A stretch of 64,000 nt of DNA. It comes from an uncultured SAR86 cluster bacterium. Its GTDB lineage: Bacteria > Pseudomonadota > Gammaproteobacteria > Magnimaribacterales > D2472. Location of the stretch: positions 39,808 to 103,807 of the forward strand of contig CACLXS010000002.1 of the NCBI GenBank assembly GCA_902610905.1. The letters are read 5' to 3'. How positions within the stretch are numbered: position 1 is the first letter of the stretch; the number at the start of each line of letters is the position of its first letter. Shown piece by piece: positions 47,077-55,357 of this stretch. A program made the translations under genes and the position numbers. The notes under the pieces were generated by a model, which was given only the letters and a program-made list of their open reading frames with translations, was not told the origin of the DNA and did not search any database.

Positions 47077-47769
47077 ATGAATATAGACCAACAAGAAGTT
47101 CAGAAATTCGCAGACCTTGCAGAGAAATGGTGGGATGCATCAGGAGACTTTAAGCCTCTTCATGTAATCAACCCTCTTAGAGCTGAATACATATCATCTA
47201 AAGTTGAATTAGAAGGGAAAACATTACTTGATGTTGGTTGTGGCGGCGGCATATTGGCAGAAGCTTTACACGATAAAGGAGCTATCGTAACAGGTATTGA
47301 TGCTGCTGGTCCTGGTATTGAAATTGCAAAACATCATGCAAAAAAAAATAATAAATCAATAGACTATCAAGAAAGTACAGCGGAAGATTTGATTCAGAAA
47401 AGTTCAGAAAAATATGATGTTGTAACATGCCTTGAGGTTCTAGAGCATGTTCCTGATCCTAAATTATTAGTAAAAACGTGTATTGATCTTTTAAAGCCAA
47501 ATGGTGATCTATTTTTATCTACCATAAATAAAAATCCTAGATCCTGGATTACTGCAATAGTTGGAGCTGAATATATATTTAACATATTACCAAAAGGCAC
47601 TCATGAATTTGATAAATTCATAAAACCTTCATCACTTGGATCATACATTAGGGAGGGTTCTGCAGAGTTAGTTGAAACCAAAGGAATGTTTTACAATCCA
47701 ATAACTCATAAGGCTAATCTAAATAATGATTTAGGTGTTAATTATTTAATGTATGCAAAAAAGCCTTAG
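47077..47769 (+). CDS. ubiG: Ubiquinone biosynthesis O-methyltransferase
   Basis: 230 aa containing EVQKFADLAEKWWD..G.FKPLH..NP.R and the SAM motif LLDVGCGGGILAE. Confidence 0.9.
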   Translation: MNIDQQEVQKFADLAEKWWDASGDFKPLHVINPLRAEYISSKVELEGKTLLDVGCGGGILAEALHDKGAIVTGIDAAGPGIEIAKHHAKKNNKSIDYQESTAEDLIQKSSEKYDVVTCLEVLEHVPDPKLLVKTCIDLLKPNGDLFLSTINKNPRSWITAIVGAEYIFNILPKGTHEFDKFIKPSSLGSYIREGSAELVETKGMFYNPITHKANLNNDLGVNYLMYAKKP

Positions 47770-48418
47770 TTCAAAATTAGTTTTATTTGATCTTGATGGA
47801 ACAATTATAGATACTGCTCCTGATTTTGTTCTATCTCTGAATAATATTTTAAAAAGAAATGGAAGAACTACTCTAGAGTTTGATCATATAAGGTCTTTTG
47901 TTTCAGAAGGGTCTGTAAAATTTACTGAAATTGGATTTGAGATCACAAGAGACCATCCAGACTTTAATAAATACAGGAATGAGTTTCTTTTAGAATATAA
48001 AAATAACCTGACAAATAAATCAGAGCTATTTACCGGCATATCATCATTATTAAATAAATTAGATGAAATTAGCATTCCTTATGGAATAGTAACTAATAAA
48101 CCTTTCGATTATGCAGAACCTCTTATTAATTATTTCGATGATTTAAAAAATTGCAGAACACTTATATGCCCTGATCATCTTCAAAATAGTAAACCCAGCC
48201 CAGAAGGTATACTTTTAGCATGTAAAAAAATAGGAGTTGATCCGAAAGAAAGCGTTTATATTGGAGACCATCCTAACGATTTAATTGCTGGTAAAAATGC
48301 AGGAACAAAAACTATTGGTTGTCTTTATGGCTATAGTTTAGACAAAGATGGAATATATCCTGAATCAATATTAGTTAACAAGGCAGATGAAATAATCAAT
48401 GCTCTAAAATTGTTATGA
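47753..48418 (+). CDS. HAD-superfamily phosphatase (phosphoglycolate phosphatase / MupP-like)
   Basis: 221 aa containing LFDLDGTIIDT, VTNKP and GDHPNDLIAGKNAG. Its position after ubiG matches the Pseudomonas ubiG-mupP-SDR arrangement. Confidence 0.8.
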   Translation: MQKSLSSKLVLFDLDGTIIDTAPDFVLSLNNILKRNGRTTLEFDHIRSFVSEGSVKFTEIGFEITRDHPDFNKYRNEFLLEYKNNLTNKSELFTGISSLLNKLDEISIPYGIVTNKPFDYAEPLINYFDDLKNCRTLICPDHLQNSKPSPEGILLACKKIGVDPKESVYIGDHPNDLIAGKNAGTKTIGCLYGYSLDKDGIYPESILVNKADEIINALKLL

Positions 48419-49161
48419 AAATAAAAAATACATTTGAAAAGAATTTTCTCAATAATAAAAATATTTTAGTCACAGGTGCATCTAAAGGAATAGGTAAAGA
48501 ATTAGCAGTAACATTAAGCTCCTATGGGGCAAATATTATTTTACATGGCCGTGATGAACAGGCTTTGGATAAGGTCTATGATGAAATTATAGATAAAACA
48601 GAAACCTCACCCCTAATTATTCAATGCGATTTAAATGATTTAGATGAAAATAAATCACAAAACATTGCAAATGTTATTTCTGAGAATATAAATATATTAG
48701 ATGGGATTATTCATAATGCAGCAATAATTGGAAAAATGTCATCAATTCATGATTTTGATTTAAAGACCTGGAACAAAGTTATTAATACAAACTTAACTAG
48801 TACATATCTGTTAACAAAATATCTCACTCCTTTAATGGCTGACTCTAAAAATCCGAGAGTAATATTTACCTCCTCTGGGGTTGTAAGGAAAGGTAGAGCA
48901 TTTTGGGGAGCATATGCAATCTCTAAGACTGCTTTGAAATCTTTAGCTGAGATATTAAATGATGAACTTGAGCCCATAACAAATATAAAAGTGTTTAATT
49001 TTGATCCAGGAGCAACCAGAACATCAATGAGAGCTTTTGCTTATCCTGCAGAAAATGCTTCAACTCTTAAAGAGCCATCATCGCTTATGAAATATTATTT
49101 ATGGATGCTATCAAAAGAAAGTTCAAAATCAGATATGAGATACATAGAATTTACAAATTAA
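48415..49161 (+). CDS. Short-chain dehydrogenase/reductase (YciK-like)
   Basis: 248 aa containing VTGASKGIGKE, NAA and catalytic YAISKTAL. Confidence 0.85.
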   Translation: MKIKNTFEKNFLNNKNILVTGASKGIGKELAVTLSSYGANIILHGRDEQALDKVYDEIIDKTETSPLIIQCDLNDLDENKSQNIANVISENINILDGIIHNAAIIGKMSSIHDFDLKTWNKVINTNLTSTYLLTKYLTPLMADSKNPRVIFTSSGVVRKGRAFWGAYAISKTALKSLAEILNDELEPITNIKVFNFDPGATRTSMRAFAYPAENASTLKEPSSLMKYYLWMLSKESSKSDMRYIEFTN

Positions 49162-49751
49162 TCATTAAGACTTTTCCATAGATACATGCATAGATATGTC
49201 CTGTATGGTGAGTAGTCTTTCGCTTCATAATTATCTGATTTAAAAAAATTTAATCCTGCTTTTTTTATTCCCAAGTCACCAGTCAAGTAAATATCTTCTT
49301 GTCCAAGGTAAAACATCTGAATTATTCCTAAAGTCCATGGTCCTATTCCTTTAATTTTTAAAAATAGATCTGAAATACCAACCTGATTCATTTTTTTCAA
49401 ATCTTTTTTTGTATAACAGTCTAAATTTTGATTGCTCAAAACCTCATTAATGTAACTGGCTTTTGGTTTTGATAAACCACAATCAGTAAGACCTCCTAAT
49501 GAAATTCTTTTTTTATCATTAAGCAACTTTTCAGTTTTTTTCCATATTGATGCAGCTGCTCCTATTGAGACTTGCTGGCCTATGATTGTCTTAATAATAA
49601 AAAACTTTAGTGATAAGTTTTTATTCCGCCTAGAGTCTATAGATATTATTTCTGTTTCTTTTAAGAATTTATTAAGTTGATGATGTTTTTTATTTTTTGA
49701 AGTCTTTAATAAAGCTTTATAAGCGGTTTCTGATTTAACATCACTTGCCAT
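49158..49751 (-). CDS. DNA-3-methyladenine glycosylase II family (HhH-GPD, AlkA-like, short)
   Basis: 197 aa containing IIGQQVSIGAAASIW and the helix-hairpin-helix LKIKGIGPWT, followed by a conserved Asp (GDLGI). Confidence 0.75.
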   Translation of the reverse strand: MASDVKSETAYKALLKTSKNKKHHQLNKFLKETEIISIDSRRNKNLSLKFFIIKTIIGQQVSIGAAASIWKKTEKLLNDKKRISLGGLTDCGLSKPKASYINEVLSNQNLDCYTKKDLKKMNQVGISDLFLKIKGIGPWTLGIIQMFYLGQEDIYLTGDLGIKKAGLNFFKSDNYEAKDYSPYRTYLCMYLWKSLND

Positions 49752-50466
49752 AATTCTTTAATTCATTAATTTCTTTTTCACTTAATTCAAGAGTTTTACC
49801 CTTTTTTAAAGTTGAGGGTAAGAAAATCGGTCCGAATCTAGTTCTTTTTAATCTGCTTACTTCCATATCTAAAGATTGAAATAATTTTCTTACTTCTCTA
49901 TTTTTTCCACTTATTAAACATACTGAAAACCACTGATTGCTTCCATTTCTTTCTCCTTCAACAACATCGGTAAATTGATGAAGTTCACCATCAATTGTTA
50001 TGCCTTCAATCATTGATTTTTTTTTATCTTGAGAAAATTCACCTCTAGCACGAACTAAATATTCTCTATCAATGGTATTTGATGGGTGCATACAATAATT
50101 TGCAAAATTACCATCATTAGTAAATAACATTAATCCTGAAGTATTAATATCAAGCCTTCCGATAGAAATCCAGTTTCTTTGATTTCTTGAATTTGGTAAA
50201 TAATCATAAACAATAGGAATCTTTTTTTCTCTTGCAGAAGATGAGAGCACTCCCTCAGGTTTATTTAGCGCAATAAGTTTTATTTCACTCTGTTTGACTT
50301 GAATTATTTTATTATCAAACTCAACAATATCTTTTTCTGAGACAGTAGTTCCAAGTTCTGCAACTTTGCCATTTACAATAACCTTCCCATCTTTAATTAA
50401 CTGTTCACAACCTCTTCTCGATCCTATACCAGCACTGGCAAGAAACTTTTGCAATCTTTCAGTCAT
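49741..50466 (-). CDS. rluB: 23S rRNA pseudouridine synthase RluB (RsuA/RluB family)
   Basis: 241 aa with an S4 domain (RLQKFLASAGIGSRR) and the catalytic GRLDINTSGL. Confidence 0.85.
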   Translation of the reverse strand: MTERLQKFLASAGIGSRRGCEQLIKDGKVIVNGKVAELGTTVSEKDIVEFDNKIIQVKQSEIKLIALNKPEGVLSSSAREKKIPIVYDYLPNSRNQRNWISIGRLDINTSGLMLFTNDGNFANYCMHPSNTIDREYLVRARGEFSQDKKKSMIEGITIDGELHQFTDVVEGERNGSNQWFSVCLISGKNREVRKLFQSLDMEVSRLKRTRFGPIFLPSTLKKGKTLELSEKEINELKNYGK

Positions 50467-50475
50467 TAAAGATTT

Positions 50476-51045
50476 TTATACCGCTTGAGGTATGGTCTGA
50501 TGATCATCATCCTGAACAATATTATCTGCAGGATCAGGTAACTCAGGTAAATCAGATAATCTTTTTAAATTCATGTCGTCTAAAAACTCTTTGGTAGTCG
50601 AGTACAACGCTGGTCTACCAGGCGCATCTTTAAATCCTGATACTTTAATCCAATTCCTTTCAAGAAGAGATCTGATGCTTTGGGTGCTGACACTCACTCC
50701 TCTAATGTCTTCAATATCGCCGCGAGTTACAGGTTGCTTGTACGCAATAATCGAAATTGTTTCCATTAATGCTTTTGAAATTCTTGGGGCGCGTTCATTC
50801 CAAAGATGTGATAATGCAGGACTAAACTCTTTTCTTATTTGAAGTCTATATCCTGAAGCTATTTCAACAACCTCAAGAGATGAATCTATATATCTAGTTT
50901 CTAACTCATTAAGACACTGTTTTATCTCAGACAGCTCGGCTGTAACACCATCAAATTCTAGCAAGCTTCTAATTTCAGATATTCTTAAGGGTCTTCCAGA
51001 GCCAAATAATAAGGCTTCAACAGTATTAATCATTTTAATGTTCAA
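50476..51045 (-). CDS. scpB: Segregation and condensation protein B
   Basis: 189 aa containing EALLF......L.......GY.L; IAYKQPVTRGDIE.IRGV. It lies downstream of scpA. Confidence 0.88.
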   Translation of the reverse strand: MNIKMINTVEALLFGSGRPLRISEIRSLLEFDGVTAELSEIKQCLNELETRYIDSSLEVVEIASGYRLQIRKEFSPALSHLWNERAPRISKALMETISIIAYKQPVTRGDIEDIRGVSVSTQSIRSLLERNWIKVSGFKDAPGRPALYSTTKEFLDDMNLKRLSDLPELPDPADNIVQDDDHQTIPQAV

Positions 51046-51845
51046 CTTATCGCTCCTTTTGATTTTAAAAAAATCTCTTCAGTTTCGTTTTGTATTAATT
51101 CAAGATGCCCATCTTTGGCTAGTTCTAAAGATGCGAGAAAGGTCACTACCACTCCTTGCCTGCCTTCAGTTTTTCTTAGAGTTTTAGAAAAACTAATAAC
51201 ATTTCTTTTTGAAAGTATCTCAAGAATAATTTGTATTCTTTCTTGAGTTGATAGTTCTTCAAAATCTATTTGGTGATTAGATTTTAAGTCAGGCCTATTT
51301 TTAACTTCATGAAAAATAGCAACAAGTTCATCTTTGGTAATTTGTATATCTTTTTTTTCTACTTCGATTTTCGGTAACGACGCCGATGCAAGAAAGAAAT
51401 CTCTATCAACTCTTGGTAGAATTGCTATTTTTTCTGATACAGTCTTATACCTTTGATATTCTTGAAGTCTTTTTATGAGTGCAGACTTAGGATCATCTTC
51501 CTCTTCCTCATGCACATCTTGAGGCAACATCATTCTTGATTTAATTTCAGCTAATGTTGCTGCCATTACTAAATATTCAGCAGCTAGCTCAAACTGCAAA
51601 GCATCCATCAAGTCTATGTATTCAATATATTGATCAGTAATTTTAGATACATCTAAATCAAGAATATTAATATTTTCTTTCTTTATTAAATATAACAATA
51701 AATCCATTGGTCCAGAAAAAGTTTCTAGACAAAGCTCTAATGCATTTGGTGGTATAAAAAGATCGTCAGGAATAGTCTCGTATGGTTGACCCATTACGGT
51801 TGGAAACTCTAGCTGTGTTTGAGTATTATTTTGCATGATAAACAC
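51042..51845 (-). CDS. scpA: Segregation and condensation protein A
   Basis: 267 aa containing FSGPMDLLLYLIKKENINILDLDVSKITDQY, the kleisin N-terminal motif. Confidence 0.88.
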   Translation of the reverse strand: MFIMQNNTQTQLEFPTVMGQPYETIPDDLFIPPNALELCLETFSGPMDLLLYLIKKENINILDLDVSKITDQYIEYIDLMDALQFELAAEYLVMAATLAEIKSRMMLPQDVHEEEEDDPKSALIKRLQEYQRYKTVSEKIAILPRVDRDFFLASASLPKIEVEKKDIQITKDELVAIFHEVKNRPDLKSNHQIDFEELSTQERIQIILEILSKRNVISFSKTLRKTEGRQGVVVTFLASLELAKDGHLELIQNETEEIFLKSKGAIS

Positions 51846-51975
51846 TACATAGTGTAAGGTTTAGAGCTTATTAATACAACATATTGTGTCTTTTAGCTTT
51901 TTTTAATTTTCTAGAGAAAATGATGAAAAAATTATTCTTATACAAAAATTCATATAACCTCTACTAATTTTATTT

Positions 51976-51994
51976 CATTCATTTAATATGAATG
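51976..51994. promoter_or_regulatory. Perfect 7-5-7 inverted repeat (CATTCAT-TTAAT-ATGAATG) 27 bp upstream of the DAHP synthase start; candidate operator
   Basis: Read directly from the sequence. It lies in the 175-bp divergent scpA/aro intergenic region. No known operator consensus was recognised. Confidence 0.3.
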
Positions 51995-52020
51995 CGCAAT
52001 TAAGAAAAAAATAATTAAAA

Positions 52021-53070
52021 ATGAATTATTCAACAGATAACACTAGGATTATTGATAGGCAAAAAGTTCCTGCTCCATATGAATTGGTAAATAAGCACCC
52101 TATAAATAATGACATTGCTAAGCTTGTATATGGAACAAGACAGGAAATTAGCCAAATTTTGCATAACAAGGATGATCGCTTATTAGTGGTTGTTGGTCCA
52201 TGTTCTATTCACGATCCTGACAGTGCGATTGAATATGGAAAAAAATTAATCGAACAAAATATTAAATTCAAAGAAGAGCTGTTAATAGTGATGAGGGTTT
52301 ATTTTGAAAAACCCAGAACAACTGTTGGATGGAAAGGTCTTATAAACGATCCTGACCTCAATGAAAGCTTCAAAATTGGTAAAGGTGTTGAGATGGCTAG
52401 GAAGCTTTTAATAGATCTAGCTAAATTAAATCTACCTGCAGGTACAGAGTTTCTTGACCCTATTTCTCCTCAATATATTACTGATATAATTTCTTGGGGA
52501 GCTATTGGTGCTAGAACGGCTGAAAGTCAAATACATAGAGAATTAGCATCAGGACTTTCTTGCCCTATTGGTATAAAAAATGCTACAAACGGTGGTCTTA
52601 AAGCAGCTATAGATGGAATTCAAGCAGCAAATCACTCTCACGTTTTCCTTGGCGCTACCAAAGAATCTGATATAGCTATGTTAAAAACAACAGGTAATAA
52701 TGATGCCCATATTATTCTTAGAGGTGGCAAAGAGCCAAATTATGATAGTGATTCTATTAATGAGACTTCAATAGCGCTTAGAGAAGCTGAAGTTAATGAA
52801 TCAATTATGATTGATGCTAGTCATGGTAATAGTCAAAAACAATTTAAACAGCAACTGCCTGTAATTGAGAATATCTCTAGTCAAATTTCAGATGGTAATA
52901 AAAACATCAAAGGTGTAATGATAGAGAGTCACTTGGTCGAAGGTAATCAAAAAATTTCCGATTCTCTTGTTTATGGTCAAAGCATCACTGATGCATGTAT
53001 TGGCTGGGATGATACTGTTTCATGTCTGCAAAGTTTGAGCGACGCAGTTGCAAAAAGAAGGAGCTCATAA
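52021..53070 (+). CDS. aroG: 3-deoxy-7-phosphoheptulonate (DAHP) synthase, class I (AroF/G/H type; feedback specificity not determinable)
   Basis: 349 aa containing LLVVVGPCSIHD, YFEKPRTTVGWKGLINDP, GARTAESQIHRE and DASHGNS. Confidence 0.9.
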   Translation: MNYSTDNTRIIDRQKVPAPYELVNKHPINNDIAKLVYGTRQEISQILHNKDDRLLVVVGPCSIHDPDSAIEYGKKLIEQNIKFKEELLIVMRVYFEKPRTTVGWKGLINDPDLNESFKIGKGVEMARKLLIDLAKLNLPAGTEFLDPISPQYITDIISWGAIGARTAESQIHRELASGLSCPIGIKNATNGGLKAAIDGIQAANHSHVFLGATKESDIAMLKTTGNNDAHIILRGGKEPNYDSDSINETSIALREAEVNESIMIDASHGNSQKQFKQQLPVIENISSQISDGNKNIKGVMIESHLVEGNQKISDSLVYGQSITDACIGWDDTVSCLQSLSDAVAKRRSS

Positions 53071-53878
53071 GCTATTGAAAGATTCTGATAGAATTTCCTT
53101 CTCAAAAGATGTAGCTGAAACACTAGGCATCGAAGCTGCAATAATACTTGAGCTTTACCAGCAAAATAAAATCACCTATTCCGATGATTCTGAGCTCTTT
53201 AAAAGTTTAGTAAAGCAAGAATTGCCTTTCATTGAGCATGCACTTATTGAAGCATCTCTAAAAAAACTTCTGCATTACAAGCTGATTTCAAATACACAAA
53301 AAATAATAAACAAAAAGAATTATGATATAAAACCCGCTCAAGCTAACAACGCAAAAAAATTAAAAATTGATTCAAATTGGTCACCATCCAATGAAGCTTT
53401 AGAAATTCTAAATATGGGCGAAATTCCAGAAGTTTTCATTTCAAGCAAGGTAAAAGAATTTATATTATATTGGTCAGAGAGAGGACAAGAGCGAAATAAC
53501 TGGAATACTTCTTTTATTGATTACATTAGGAGAGAATGGGCAAAAGAACAAAGTTCAACCAAAGGGCTTCCTCATACTATAGATTTTGAATGGTCTCCAA
53601 GTAACGATGCTTATGATATCCTTGAGTTATCTGATATCTCAAAAGAATCTGCTTCAAAATATTTGAGAGAATTTATACTATACTGGAAAGAGAATGGTTC
53701 TGCTTTCACAACTTGGAACTCTAAATTTATTGAGCATGTAAAAAGAAGGCATATACCAGACAACCAAAATTTAAAAAATGAAGAAAATCAAAAACATACT
53801 GAACCAGGAAAATATGGAAAAGACTTTTCAGCAAGAAAAGGTGACTCCTCTTGGGCATCAGAAATTAAGTTCGAGTAA
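53048..53878 (+). CDS. Protein with two tandem DnaT-C-terminal-like (DnaT_2) domains; lambda-type replication accessory protein
   Basis: 276 aa. The two repeats are WSPSNEALEILNMGEIPEVFISSKVKEFILYWSERGQERNNWNTSFIDYIRREW and WSPSNDAYDILELSDISKESASKYLREFILYWKENGSAFTTWNSKFIEHVKRRH. Both follow the DnaT pattern W.P......L...G........F..YW...G.....W..KF. An alternative TTG start at 53075 would remove the 23-nt overlap with the aro gene. Confidence 0.6.
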   Translation: MQKEGAHKLLKDSDRISFSKDVAETLGIEAAIILELYQQNKITYSDDSELFKSLVKQELPFIEHALIEASLKKLLHYKLISNTQKIINKKNYDIKPAQANNAKKLKIDSNWSPSNEALEILNMGEIPEVFISSKVKEFILYWSERGQERNNWNTSFIDYIRREWAKEQSSTKGLPHTIDFEWSPSNDAYDILELSDISKESASKYLREFILYWKENGSAFTTWNSKFIEHVKRRHIPDNQNLKNEENQKHTEPGKYGKDFSARKGDSSWASEIKFE

Positions 53879-54425
53879 AGAAAAATATATTGAGTGCATC
53901 GACAATTTATTTCTTAAGCTAGAATTGGCATATCACTATCAATTTTATAAAGTCTTTGGAACCGATGATAGGCTTAACGAGGGTAAAAAACTCTGGGCAA
54001 TAAGTTTGAAATCTTTTTCTCCAGAAACAATCACAGAAGCAACTGAAAATGTAATAGGTGCTCAGTCATATTTACCGACACTAACAGACTTTCTTAAAGC
54101 TTGTTCAGAAATAAATAGCCATAACGGCTTTCCTTCAGTAGAAGAGGCATATATTGAAGCAAGAAAATCATACGCACCAAGAACAGAATATTCATGGAGC
54201 CACCCTATCGTTTATTTTGCGGGAAAAAAACTAGGTTGGAATTTCTTAGATGAAAAAGATAGTAGAGAATTGTTTTCTTCTTTTAAGAAAATTTTTAATA
54301 AACTTAAAGAAGATATCTTAGATGGCAAAGAGTTGCAGATTCCAACTCCAGACTTTAATAAATCTGAAAATAAGCCAATGAACAAGAAGCTTTTTGAAAG
54401 CCTCAGAAAAAAGCACAACGTATAG
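53814..54425 (+). CDS. Lambda replication protein P-like (putative replicative-helicase loader)
   Basis: It is collinear with my remembered lambda P sequence. IDNLFLKLELAY..., LPTLTDFLKACSE, NGFPSVEEAYIEA, YSWSHPIVYFAGKKLG and DEKDSRELFSSFKKIF match lambda INGVFSQLLATF..., LPSPGQFVAWCRE, AGLPNVSELVDMV, YPWKSNAHYWLVTNL and TDAELRRKAADEL. I prefer ATG 53814 (AGGAAAAT upstream) over the track start at 53778. Confidence 0.6.
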   Translation: MEKTFQQEKVTPLGHQKLSSSKEKYIECIDNLFLKLELAYHYQFYKVFGTDDRLNEGKKLWAISLKSFSPETITEATENVIGAQSYLPTLTDFLKACSEINSHNGFPSVEEAYIEARKSYAPRTEYSWSHPIVYFAGKKLGWNFLDEKDSRELFSSFKKIFNKLKEDILDGKELQIPTPDFNKSENKPMNKKLFESLRKKHNV

Positions 54426-54487
54426 AATTAAACTGAACCATTGGTTTAACATTTTTGTCTAAAGAAAAAATGATAAAATAATTAAAT

Positions 54488-55357
54488 ATGACCAAGAATA
54501 TAAGAATATCTTTATATATCCTCATACCAATAGTTCTTTGGATGTTCTCCGGTTTTTTTGTGACAGATAAAAAAGAACCAGAGAATATAAAAAATGAGCT
54601 CTATGCTGTGGGCATTTCCACAAGCAATGCGATTGATTATCAGCCTACAATTAAATTAAAAGCTACTTCTCAATCTGAAGCTAGAGTTAATGTTAAAGCA
54701 AAGACCTCAGGTGAGGTAGTAAAAATTGGTTCAACTCAAGGACAATTTGTAAAAAAAGATTCTGTTCTTTGTAGTTTGGGTGTTGTCGAGTTAAATAGAA
54801 CAGAGGTAAAGGCACCCTTTTCTGGATTCATTGAACAAATTGTAAAACCTGGAAATTTTCTTGAAAGAGGACAGGTATGTGCAACGATCATCCAACTTAA
54901 CCCAATTATATTTTCTGCTGAGGTTCCTGAATTTAATATTAATAAAGTTGAAACAGGTCAAGAGGTTCTTATAAGTTTAATTACAGGTGAAATCATTAAG
55001 GGTGATTTAACATTTGTTTCAAAAAGTGCTTCACCTTCAACAAGAACATTTAAAGTTGAATCTGAAATTGAAAATAAAGATGGAGCGGTAAGAGACGGTA
55101 TTACTGCAGAAATGATAATAAAAACAAAATTTGTAAAGGCACACAAAATTTCGCCATCAATTTTGCTATTAAATGATAATGGAAAAATTGGCGTTAGATC
55201 TGTTATAGATGGAACTGTTGTTTTTCATAATGTGACAATACTAGAGGACTCTGAATCAGGATTATGGATTACTGACATACCTGATTCGCTTGATCTTATT
55301 ATCCAAGGTCAAGGGTTTGTTGAGGACGGTCAAAAAGTGGTTACGAACCAAATATGA
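54488..55357 (+). CDS. RND efflux periplasmic adaptor (membrane fusion protein), short
   Basis: 289 aa with an N-terminal TM anchor, a lipoyl/beta-barrel pattern (G.V..i....G..VKKD.VL..L) and a 4-nt overlap with the RND pump gene. Confidence 0.8.
   Translation: MTKNIRISLYILIPIVLWMFSGFFVTDKKEPENIKNELYAVGISTSNAIDYQPTIKLKATSQSEARVNVKAKTSGEVVKIGSTQGQFVKKDSVLCSLGVVELNRTEVKAPFSGFIEQIVKPGNFLERGQVCATIIQLNPIIFSAEVPEFNINKVETGQEVLISLITGEIIKGDLTFVSKSASPSTRTFKVESEIENKDGAVRDGITAEMIIKTKFVKAHKISPSILLLNDNGKIGVRSVIDGTVVFHNVTILEDSESGLWITDIPDSLDLIIQGQGFVEDGQKVVTNQI

Noticed and set aside
53048-54425. Whether the lambda P-like region is a prophage or mobile element.
   Set aside because: The flanks contain no integrase, repressor, terminase or structural genes, and no att-like direct repeats. 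The genes abut housekeeping genes with overlaps of 0-23 nt. I treat it as a domesticated pair, reported as a finding, rather than a mobile element.
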